From positions 1 through 56,931 of the forward strand of contig CAYFNH010000004.1 in NCBI GenBank assembly GCA_964344435.1: a DNA stretch of 56,931 nt, in the 5' to 3' direction. The notes below the pieces were generated by a model that ran no database searches, was not told the origin of the DNA, and saw nothing but the letters and a program-made list of their open reading frames with translations. Origin of the DNA: an uncultured Piscirickettsiaceae bacterium. Its GTDB lineage: Bacteria > Pseudomonadota > Gammaproteobacteria > GCF-002020875. Position numbers and translations under genes: made by a program. Below are positions 41,761 through 49,843 of this stretch, piece by piece. Each line of letters opens with the position of its first letter. Positions within the stretch are counted from its first letter, which is position 1.

Positions 41761-42174
41761 TCAACGACGTCCGAATAGTCGGGTAATCGCCCGGATCGGA
41801 TGGCGCAATACATAGGTTGTGTTCTTTTTCTTGAGCAACTTGAACTCAACCGCGGTTAACAGATAGATGATCTCACGACTCAGCAGTTTGACCTCCTCCA
41901 GCGCCTCACTCGCCTCCGATTTGCGCCCATGCTTATGTGAACGAATCACTCGTCGCACCGCCTGATGGAACTGCTTGTGGTCTCTCTCCAGATGCAGAAT
42001 CTCCGGGTTGTCACCAAACTCCCTCAACCCTTCATGGTAGAGCCACACTCCTAGCGGACACTCTTCGTGCGAATCCACCTCCAGATGCTTTACATGAGGT
42101 GTATCCAGCAACTCCTCCAGTTGCAGCTCCCAGGAGAGGTGCACCAGACGCATATAACCCAAATCTGAAATCAT
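41761..42174 (-). CDS. Stand-alone CZB (chemoreceptor zinc-binding) domain protein
   Basis: HLSW...HEECPLGVWLY...HKQFH, matching the 3His-1Cys pattern. Confidence 0.85.
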   Translation of the reverse strand: MISDLGYMRLVHLSWELQLEELLDTPHVKHLEVDSHEECPLGVWLYHEGLREFGDNPEILHLERDHKQFHQAVRRVIRSHKHGRKSEASEALEEVKLLSREIIYLLTAVEFKLLKKKNTTYVLRHPIRAITRLFGRR

Positions 42175-43211
42175 ACGGTTCCTTTTACTCTGAACAACAC
42201 CATGGAACGGATCTCAAGCCGGTAGCGCAGCTCTCCACTGATACGATCATCCAAATGGTTGGAGAAGGCTCGCTGCAACTCAAGTTCCGGTGTCAACTGT
42301 AAACGGTAGACGGTCTTGTCGCCCTGCGCATGGCGCTGAACAATCCTGGCCCGCCGCTTCGACTTTTCATCAAACACAATATCCTCGGGCCGAACCAGCA
42401 GCTCCACCCGAGCCCCCTCAGGCAAGCCAAACCCCTCCGGGTGTTCAACCATACCCAACTCCGTATCAAGGCGTAAAGGATCGTGCACCACCCCCTTGAC
42501 CAGCACCCCCTCCCCCATATAACGAGCAACCGAACGCTTCTGTGGCCGCAGATAGAGCTCCTGAGGGGAGCCCCACTGCAGCAACATCTCATTCTCCATT
42601 ACGCCGGCATAATCCCCTGCAAACAGCACCCCTTCACGAACTGCCGTACTGATCAGAATGGTACAACCGAAGAGCGACACCATCTCGTGCAGCTGATCCA
42701 GCATTCGATAGCGAGCCTCTGCCTTGAGGTCCAGCAGGGGCTCCTCCAGCAACAGTACAACCGGGCGGGCCACCAGCGCTCTTGCGATCAACAGCAAGCG
42801 CAACACCTCCACATCGTCCTGTAGCGGGTACAGTTGCGCATACTCCTCCAGTTTCAAGGCAGCAAGCACCTTCATGCAGTGCTCACGTTTATTGGCAATA
42901 CGGTGGTTATGGAGTGGAATCAGCAGATTTTCCAATACAGTAAGGTGCGGGTAAAAGCCAGCGTTACGCGGCACCCACTCGATGGGGCGCTCCCAGGGGG
43001 GTGGTATTTTACCGGTACGGGCAATCAGGTCTCCTCGCAGAAAGATCTCGCCTGCCTTGAACCGACTTATCCCGGCGATATAGCGTAACAGCTCCCCTTT
43101 CCCACTCTCCTCTTCTCCCAGAATCATCCCGAGCTTGTGTTGCGGTATCGCCAACGAAACCTTCGCCCCGCCAGACATCGTCAGGTTGTGGAGCTTGAGC
43201 AGATCAGCCAT
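42171..43211 (-). CDS. FbpC/PotA-like ABC ATPase, degenerate
   Basis: PPWERPI, YPHLTVLENL, ARAL..P..LLLEEP and a C-terminal TOBE-like region. Walker A and the signature motif are altered. Confidence 0.75.
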   Translation of the reverse strand: MADLLKLHNLTMSGGAKVSLAIPQHKLGMILGEEESGKGELLRYIAGISRFKAGEIFLRGDLIARTGKIPPPWERPIEWVPRNAGFYPHLTVLENLLIPLHNHRIANKREHCMKVLAALKLEEYAQLYPLQDDVEVLRLLLIARALVARPVVLLLEEPLLDLKAEARYRMLDQLHEMVSLFGCTILISTAVREGVLFAGDYAGVMENEMLLQWGSPQELYLRPQKRSVARYMGEGVLVKGVVHDPLRLDTELGMVEHPEGFGLPEGARVELLVRPEDIVFDEKSKRRARIVQRHAQGDKTVYRLQLTPELELQRAFSNHLDDRISGELRYRLEIRSMVLFRVKGTV

Positions 43212-43959
43212 GGAGAAATGGCTCCAGCGCAATCCCCAGCGGGGTGTACAGCAGCGAACTCAGCAACAACAGCAGGAACGAGCCGGTTCCCATTGATACC
43301 CTCTCCTCTCTCACCTGCTGCCAGTTAACCACTGGCAGTGCCCGGAAGCTGCGCCACAACAGCCACAGCGTGGGCAGCAACAACAGCACCCACTGCAACA
43401 ACAATATAGCTGGCGGTTGTTCCAGGGTATAGAGCGCGACCGTCAGGGTCTCAACCCCCAAGCGCTCTGCCACCCCGAAATCCAGCAGCACCACCAGCAG
43501 AGTGACGCCACCGGCCCAATGCACCACCCTCAACAACAGCGGGCGCACAACCACTGCCGGTGCCACCGGGTTCATCAGCCCCATCTGATAGCGTTGCCGA
43601 CGCCCAACTGCCGCCGTTACCGCAAACAACCTGGCTGCAACCAGCGATACCAGTGCAATCGAGAAAAACAGCAATGAAAACCAGAGCGCAAAACGTCCCT
43701 GATAGAGCGCAATCCAATCCAGTGGAATCCCTTCGGCCACCAGCCTGGTTGGAGTTAACAGCGCGCTACCCAATGCCCCCCAGGCAATCCACCGCGTCAA
43801 GGTAGTGATTCGACGCGTGACCAGCACCCAACCAACCCAGGCCGAGATCGGAACCACCACCACAAACAGCGACAAACTGATCAGCATGGACTCTACCAGC
43901 GGCAGCAGTTCCGCCGGTAGTTCGACCATATCCAGAAGGAGGTACTCAGAGAAGTTCAT
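43204..43959 (-). CDS. FbpB-like Fe3+ ABC permease half, divergent
   Basis: Multi-TM with LLDFGVAERLGVETLTVALY motif. Overlaps the ATPase start. Confidence 0.6.
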   Translation of the reverse strand: MNFSEYLLLDMVELPAELLPLVESMLISLSLFVVVVPISAWVGWVLVTRRITTLTRWIAWGALGSALLTPTRLVAEGIPLDWIALYQGRFALWFSLLFFSIALVSLVAARLFAVTAAVGRRQRYQMGLMNPVAPAVVVRPLLLRVVHWAGGVTLLVVLLDFGVAERLGVETLTVALYTLEQPPAILLLQWVLLLLPTLWLLWRSFRALPVVNWQQVREERVSMGTGSFLLLLLSSLLYTPLGIALEPFLHG

Positions 43960-44087
43960 CCTCTCTATTCTACCGCATCATTCCCTTCTATAAGCACAAC
44001 CATCAAGGCATAGCCTGTATAAAGCACCTCATCTTGTCACAGTCAGAGGCGGTGACCGCTTCTGTGCTCCTGGCCATTCCCCGGCTA

Positions 44088-44282
44088 TCAAAATGAGTAA
44101 CTCCCTTTCAGCCCCAGACGCTTGCGGTAGGCCTCATGCTGATAGCGCTGACGCTGTCCGGTACAGAATCTCCACAACCGACTGATCTTGTAGAGAGAAA
44201 AAGACAACAACGAACTCAGCACAACCTTGGCAACTGCCAATACCGAAACCCCCAGAGTGAGAGCAATCAACATCATCATCAT
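44088..44282 (-). CDS. Small membrane protein downstream of a Fur-box promoter
   Basis: AAGGAG RBS, hydrophobic N-terminus and basic C-terminus. Confidence 0.6.
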   Translation of the reverse strand: MMMMLIALTLGVSVLAVAKVVLSSLLSFSLYKISRLWRFCTGQRQRYQHEAYRKRLGLKGSYSF

Positions 44283-44320
44283 AGCAATACTCCTTGCTGT
44301 TACCGTAAATCAGTAAGGCA

Positions 44321-44348
44321 ATTATACGCAAATGATAATAGTTATCAA
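44321..44348 (-). promoter_or_regulatory. Sigma70 promoter overlapped by a Fur box
   Basis: Minus strand TTGATA-16 nt-TATAAT. TGATAATAGTTATCA (44333-44347) has one mismatch to the 7-1-7 Fur consensus. Confidence 0.8.
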
Positions 44349-44391
44349 TAGTATTTTTAGTTATTTTACATTTCCAGGCTGTCTTGCCCCC

Positions 44392-44817
44392 CTATTGGCA
44401 CTGTTTACAGATGCCGTAGAGCGTCAAGGCATGGTCAGCAAGTTCAAACTGGTGCTTGTCCGCAATCTCGTGCTGCAGTACTTCGATTTGCGGATGAAAG
44501 AACTCCTCGACTGAACCACAGGCGGTACAGAGCAGGTGGTCATGGTGCCCTCCCCGATCCAGCTCGAAGACCGAGTGGCCCGTCTCGAAATTATGGCGCT
44601 TGAGAATACCGGCCTGCTCAAACTGGGTCAGCACCCGATAGACCGTAGCCAAACCAATCTCCTCACCATGCTCAATCAGCAACCGATACACCTCTTCCGC
44701 ACTGAGATGAATCTGCTCGCTCCCCTCCAGTAGTGCAAGAATCCGCATTCTGGGGTGAGTCACCTTGAGTCCCACACTCTTCAACTGCTCTTTTTCATGC
44801 ACCATCTGATCGCTCAT
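44392..44817 (-). CDS. fur: Ferric uptake regulator
   Basis: [36 protein letters not shown] and YGIC. Confidence 0.94.
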   Translation of the reverse strand: MSDQMVHEKEQLKSVGLKVTHPRMRILALLEGSEQIHLSAEEVYRLLIEHGEEIGLATVYRVLTQFEQAGILKRHNFETGHSVFELDRGGHHDHLLCTACGSVEEFFHPQIEVLQHEIADKHQFELADHALTLYGICKQCQ

Positions 44818-44970
44818 ACTTCTTTTCCCACCTTTTATCTATAATTTCAAGTAGCTGCTCAGCTCACCCCTGCCTACAGACGATCGCAGATCAGGGCTGC
44901 CATTACTTTCGAGACAATTTATATCACCTGGGCCAGGAGAGCCTGCCATAAAGTAATCCCTGACCACCCA

Positions 44971-46182
44971 CTAAAAGCGGACCACTGTACTGACTTGTTC
45001 AGCACAAGCACTGCCATCGCCTCTTTTCTCCATCGACTCGATTTTATGCTGCAGCTGTCGGGTTGCCTGCAAGATCATCTGATTCACCTCACTGGCAGTG
45101 GTCACCCGGTTGAGCTTGCTGTTGAGCGCCTCCAGTTGACGCAAATTGCTCTTGCGCACCTCTCCGATCTCATAACGCAACTCTTCAACAATACTTTTCT
45201 GCCTGCCATCCTCTCTGCTCAGCGGGTTATCCACAGTGTCCATATCCCCTCTATCGGTCCGCTCTGCTTGCAGCTTCTGCTCCACCTCATCCAGACGCTG
45301 TAGCAATAGGTCTGGCTGCTGGCGTTCAACAAGCTGCTGCACAATGTCATCCAGCTCTTCACGACTCACCAGCCCCTCTCTATCAACTACCGGGACAGAC
45401 TGCTTGAACTGTAGCTGCAGACTCTTGACCCGTAACGCATGCCGTTCCAGCCGTCCCGCCTGCTCACTCTGCAGCTTGTACAGCTGTTCAAACCGCTTTT
45501 GCAAGGAAGCCAACTGCTCTGCAACAGCACTCATATCATTAGCAGTCGCACCTGCATCCTGTGCTTGCTCAGACTGCTGCAGTGCCTGCGTCAGCTGTTT
45601 GAAACGTGCATCAACCGTCTCCTCAAACGCCTCAAGCCGAGGCCGCAGAGAATCAACCTCGGGCTGCACCACAGCGGGCTCACGATGCTCTTCCAGAGAA
45701 GTCACTCGCTCATTCAGGCTCTCCAGCAGTCCGGTCAGTTGAAGCAATTGCTCGCTCTGACCGGAGGAGGACTGCTCCCCCCTCTGCTCAGCCCCCCCTT
45801 GCTCCAAACGCTCAATCCGTTTACTCAGGCGCACCGTCTCTCTGCGGTTGTTAGCCGCCAGCCGACTCACTTCACTGCGCACCTCATCGAGTGCCGTTTC
45901 AACCATGCGAGAATGCTTTTCCAGCAGAGAAGTCTGATCACTGCTTGGCTGCATCTGCACCAGGGGGGGCTCCTCTACGGGGGGCTGCAGTGGCTCTGTC
46001 ACTACAGCAGGTGTCAACTGTCGAGGCACTTCACTCTCCTCCTCCAGTAGTACCGACTGGGAGAGAGGGGCCTCCCGGAAACAGCGGTTTTCCCCAGGGC
46101 GATAGATCGACTCACCAAGACGAGACTCACTAGTCTTGATACGATCCAGAACCTTGTGGCTGACGGTGAAATCGACTTTCAT
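44971..46182 (-). CDS. Long coiled-coil protein of unknown function
   Basis: 403 aa, Glu/Gln/Leu-rich heptads, no TM. Confidence 0.75.
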   Translation of the reverse strand: MKVDFTVSHKVLDRIKTSESRLGESIYRPGENRCFREAPLSQSVLLEEESEVPRQLTPAVVTEPLQPPVEEPPLVQMQPSSDQTSLLEKHSRMVETALDEVRSEVSRLAANNRRETVRLSKRIERLEQGGAEQRGEQSSSGQSEQLLQLTGLLESLNERVTSLEEHREPAVVQPEVDSLRPRLEAFEETVDARFKQLTQALQQSEQAQDAGATANDMSAVAEQLASLQKRFEQLYKLQSEQAGRLERHALRVKSLQLQFKQSVPVVDREGLVSREELDDIVQQLVERQQPDLLLQRLDEVEQKLQAERTDRGDMDTVDNPLSREDGRQKSIVEELRYEIGEVRKSNLRQLEALNSKLNRVTTASEVNQMILQATRQLQHKIESMEKRGDGSACAEQVSTVVRF

Positions 46183-46267
46183 TGCGTTGAGTATAAAAGC
46201 AGCTTGTTACCAGCACAACAGAGTGTGAGGGGAATCTGCCACATCGAATAGCCACTACACTATGCCT

Positions 46268-46283
46268 TGGCATGGTTGTTGCT
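46268..46283 (+). promoter_or_regulatory. Sigma54 (-24/-12) promoter
   Basis: TGGCATGGTTGTTGCT with correct GG-N10-GC spacing, about 105 nt before ORF 46388. Confidence 0.65.
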
Positions 46284-46387
46284 CACGAGAAATCGGGGCC
46301 TCTCTCAACTGCATGAAGTGGCAATAAAATGACAGATATATCCTGATAGACAGATCAGTTTAAGAAGACACTGCAATCCGACCGGTA

Positions 46388-47065
46388 ATGGCTATACAGA
46401 AAATACAAAATGTTTGGAACCAGATAGACGCCCCGGCTCCCAATCTGCTCGACCTGATGATAGGTACCGACACCAATGCAGCAGATCCCGAGCCCTCCAC
46501 TGAGCCAGCTGCCCTCCCAACAACGACTGCAACAGCCCCTACACCTCCCCCTAAAGAACGGACACGCGAGCAGGAGCAGGAGCAGGAGGTACACTCAAAC
46601 AGCACAACCGCAGCTGAGTCAGCATCACAACCAGCCGCCCCCCCTCTCTATCATGTAGCCGAAAGGATGGAGCGTGCAACCGAAGCAGCACTGACCCTAT
46701 CAGAACAGAGCCTGGATGCGATACAGGCCGCCCACGATGCAGACAACAATGCTCGCGCCATTACCCAGGCAACCGAGCAGAGCGTTCAGGAGGCGCATCA
46801 CGCAATCGAGCAGACCCAGGCGTTCATCTCAACCACCAATCAGGCGGCTGAGCGGGCACTACAGGCGACACGTGCAGCACGTCAGGCAAGTCTGACCGCA
46901 TTTGAGTTCAACCGTAGTGGTACAATAGACCTGCAAGAGATGGAGAGCTCAATCACCCACTCCGAGCAACTGATGGAAAACCGTGATAGTCAAGAGCTCT
47001 TTCAACGCACCCAACAACTGAAGCAACAGACCGCAGCGCTACGCCAACAACTCAACAATCTGTAA
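46388..47065 (+). CDS. Protein with disordered Pro/Thr N-half and Ala/Gln coiled-coil C-half
   Basis: 225-aa ORF with helical composition, 8 nt before the next ORF. Confidence 0.72.
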   Translation: MAIQKIQNVWNQIDAPAPNLLDLMIGTDTNAADPEPSTEPAALPTTTATAPTPPPKERTREQEQEQEVHSNSTTAAESASQPAAPPLYHVAERMERATEAALTLSEQSLDAIQAAHDADNNARAITQATEQSVQEAHHAIEQTQAFISTTNQAAERALQATRAARQASLTAFEFNRSGTIDLQEMESSITHSEQLMENRDSQELFQRTQQLKQQTAALRQQLNNL

Positions 47066-47073
47066 CCTCCCCA

Positions 47074-48165
47074 ATGGAGCCTCCATCCAACGCCCCATTC
47101 AACCTCGATTCGTTCATCCGCCAACGCGCAGAGCAGCAGCGTCGTCCCAAAAAACAGGAACCAACGGCAACCACGATTGAGAGTAACACTCGTGAAGAGG
47201 TAGTGAGTCCCCCCTCAGCGCCGCCCTCCTCTACTGAGCAATCCACCGCCCCCAAACCCTCTTCAGCCAAGGCTGCACAAGAGGCCGGTAGAGAGGGCGA
47301 AGAGACGACAGAGGCACTCAACAGAGCCTCTCAACAAGCTCAGAAACAGCAACAGAGTGGCAATGAAGCGACCGCACAACTCAAGCAAGAGGCTGAAGAC
47401 AGTCAGGCACGGCTGGCTGCGGAGGCGGCACAAGAGGCCGCACAAGCCTCTCTTGAGGCCATCGAGTTTGCCCACCAGGCTGCACGCAGCGCCATCGAAG
47501 AGGCGAGCAAGGGACGCAAGCAGAAACGTACCTACAACACCCATCGGCTACTGGTCACACTCAATATAACGCTACTGATAGCCGCTCTGGTTTCCCTCTA
47601 TCTCTTCTGGTCTCCCCCCCCTACCGAGAGCGTGGAAACCGCAACCACAACCGACAAGACCACCGAACACCTGACCCAGCAGCTCCTACTCGAAACCCAG
47701 AGAGAACGGCTACGGAGCGAACAGGAGCTGGCCCTGATGGAGCAAAGTCTAAGCAGACTTCTGAATGACCAGAAGGCTCTGCGTGAGCACCTGAACGAGA
47801 CCACCAGCCTGCTCAACCATGAACGTGAGCGCAGCCATCAGGAGAGGGCCCTGAGTAACACCTTCAACAAGATGGAGCAGGATCTCAAGCAGAAAATTGC
47901 CGAACTGGAAAAGCGACTGGACCAGCAACCTCCCCCCTCCCCGGTACCTGCGGCCATAACCACAGCCAACGTTGCACCACCGAAGACAGCACCAGCCGAG
48001 CCTGACAACGAAGATTCAAAAAATAGAGAGAAAGAGGTAGATGAGATTCTGCAAAAGCTCTACACCCTCCACTCCGAGCTCTCTCAGCAGCAACCTGCTG
48101 TCCAGCAGCAGGATACAAACAGCAATTCAGCTAGCAACCAGCCCTATAGCTATCGCAGAAAATAA
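47074..48165 (+). CDS. Single-TM coiled-coil protein
   Basis: Central TM LLVTLNITLLIAALVSLYLFW flanked by coiled coils. Confidence 0.75.
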   Translation: MEPPSNAPFNLDSFIRQRAEQQRRPKKQEPTATTIESNTREEVVSPPSAPPSSTEQSTAPKPSSAKAAQEAGREGEETTEALNRASQQAQKQQQSGNEATAQLKQEAEDSQARLAAEAAQEAAQASLEAIEFAHQAARSAIEEASKGRKQKRTYNTHRLLVTLNITLLIAALVSLYLFWSPPPTESVETATTTDKTTEHLTQQLLLETQRERLRSEQELALMEQSLSRLLNDQKALREHLNETTSLLNHERERSHQERALSNTFNKMEQDLKQKIAELEKRLDQQPPPSPVPAAITTANVAPPKTAPAEPDNEDSKNREKEVDEILQKLYTLHSELSQQQPAVQQQDTNSNSASNQPYSYRRK

Positions 48166-48193
48166 GCCTGATTGAGAGGTACGCCAATGGAGC

Positions 48194-48568
48194 TTAATGG
48201 TGCTTGGCGTACTTTTCAAAGATGGGGTGGAGCTTGTTCTGGGTAAGCGGCTTTACGATGAAGCCAGAAACGCCCAGGCCGGCCACTTCGCGAATCACTT
48301 CCGGGAAGGTGTCTGCACTAATCATGCAGACAAATGAGTCCTGATCGATTTCGCGTATTTTACGGAGGGTATCCACCCCGTTCATCTTCGGCATATTGAT
48401 ATCGAGCAGGGTGATATCGGGTTTGTGCTGCTGGTAGAGTTTCCAGGCTTCCTGACCATCTGCACCCACTGCAACCACCTTGCAGGTCTCATGCTTGAGC
48501 AGACCAACCAGAAACATTCTCATCGGCTCTTCATCATCTGCCACCAGCACGGTTGGGAGTTCACTCAT
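48194..48568 (-). CDS. Single-domain CheY-like response regulator
   Basis: ADDE, phospho-Asp in LLDINMP, and ISA and FIVKP motifs. Confidence 0.9.
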   Translation of the reverse strand: MSELPTVLVADDEEPMRMFLVGLLKHETCKVVAVGADGQEAWKLYQQHKPDITLLDINMPKMNGVDTLRKIREIDQDSFVCMISADTFPEVIREVAGLGVSGFIVKPLTQNKLHPIFEKYAKHH

Positions 48569-48698
48569 TTCGACCAGTTTTCCACTCAGCTTACGTTAAC
48601 AAAACCTGACTCAGGATCAGGGCAAAATCCTACCCCCTCTCTGCTGCAGTGTAAAGCACCTCTGGCAACAGAATAGGGGGCGATGCTCTCTACGCTCT

Positions 48699-48854
48699 CT
48701 ACACAACCTCAAAATCCATCTTGGTTGCGCCACAATCCGGGCAGACCCAGTCATCCGGGATATCATCAAACTTTGTTCCCGGAGCCAGACCGTGATCCGG
48801 ATCTCCCAGCTCCTCGTCATACACATATTTACACAGCAGGCAATTGTACTTCAT
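48699..48854 (-). CDS. Rubredoxin (51 aa; absent from the ORF track)
   Basis: [51 protein letters not shown], with two CxxC knuckles. Confidence 0.93.
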   Translation of the reverse strand: MKYNCLLCKYVYDEELGDPDHGLAPGTKFDDIPDDWVCPDCGATKMDFEVV

Positions 48855-48944
48855 CTCCAAGTCTCCTTACTCTGGTTAGATCAATACCCGATTCACCATC
48901 ACGGGCGGCAGTACTTTACTAAAACAGTATGGTTCCGCACAACC

Positions 48945-49583
48945 CTATCGTTTTCTTTTTTCCTGCAACACCTTATCCACAAACCCGGACATCAGGCCAG
49001 GCATACTTTCAGCCTCCGCACCGGATGCGTTACTCTGCGCAGTGCGCTTACGCTTGCGACGTGTCGGCTTTCCCTTGATCTGGGCAATTTCACTGACCGC
49101 CTCTTTACGGCTGATCAAACGACTGGTCCACCGCCTGCGTACCTTGCGAATCTTGTCCATGCGGTTATCATGCTGGTGGGCCTCTTCCAGATCGTGCTGA
49201 CGTAGCCACTGCTGCAGCTGCTGATGAATACCGGCGAAAGAGTCCGAGACTTCCCCCAAAAAACCCATTACCACATCAAACAGCAAAAACCGCCCCACTG
49301 CGACCGCTGCCATCCAGACAAAGGGGGCAACCATCCCCGAGAACATCAACAGCAGTAAAACCAGATCTTCCTGCAGTGCACGAACCTTGTAGAGCCAGAA
49401 CAGATTGAGGGCCGCACCCAACAACAGAAATGACACTACACCCCACTTGAGTGAGAGCACCCGGCCACGAATCACCACCATAAATCCCTCATGGAACTCC
49501 CGATAGAGAAATCCACCCAGCAGTAATCCCACCACGACATTGATACTGTAGAGTAGATAGAGAAGAGAGTCCGGTATCACCAT
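48945..49583 (-). CDS. Membrane protein (about 3 TM) with Arg/Lys-rich cytoplasmic tail
   Basis: 212-aa ORF with a hydrophobic N-half and a basic helical C-half. Confidence 0.72.
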   Translation of the reverse strand: MVIPDSLLYLLYSINVVVGLLLGGFLYREFHEGFMVVIRGRVLSLKWGVVSFLLLGAALNLFWLYKVRALQEDLVLLLLMFSGMVAPFVWMAAVAVGRFLLFDVVMGFLGEVSDSFAGIHQQLQQWLRQHDLEEAHQHDNRMDKIRKVRRRWTSRLISRKEAVSEIAQIKGKPTRRKRKRTAQSNASGAEAESMPGLMSGFVDKVLQEKRKR

Positions 49584-49637
49584 GTTATACTGTGCTCTTG
49601 GCAGGTTGCTGAAATTCGCTCAAGCAAGCGCGAGACA

Positions 49638-49760
49638 ATGAAATATCGCTATCTGATCATTCCACTTATTCTGTGGCTCATTCTGAAATACTTTGGCATC
49701 AATAATGCGATCGATGTACTGCAACAACGCAATGAGTCGATCTCGCTTCATGCCCCCTGA
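49638..49760 (+). CDS. 40-aa single-TM small protein
   Basis: MKYRYLIIPLILWLILKYFGINNAIDVLQQRNESISLHAP. GAG upstream and a terminator downstream. Confidence 0.45.
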   Translation: MKYRYLIIPLILWLILKYFGINNAIDVLQQRNESISLHAP

Positions 49761-49798
49761 ACCCATGTGAGCCTACGCAGCCCCTTCCCAGAAAACAC

Positions 49799-49834
49799 AA
49801 AAGCTCCAGAGAGTCTCCTCTCTGGAGCTTTTTT
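49799..49834. terminator. Bidirectional intrinsic terminator downstream of mamK
   Basis: Perfect 13-bp stem aagctccagagag / ctctctggagctt with A and T tracts on each side. Confidence 0.85.
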
Positions 49835-49843
49835 ATCAGCGCA

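Noticed and set aside
44088..44282. Possible mamL
   Set aside because: Small with a basic tail, but it lacks the two-TM MamL pattern as I recall it and has its own Fur-box promoter.
46568..46588. gagcag microsatellite
   Set aside because: In-frame hexamer encoding EQEQEQE in a disordered region, so it has no phase-variation potential.
48617..48826. 69-aa ORF from the track
   Set aside because: Wrong frame. The real gene is the rubredoxin at 48699-48854.
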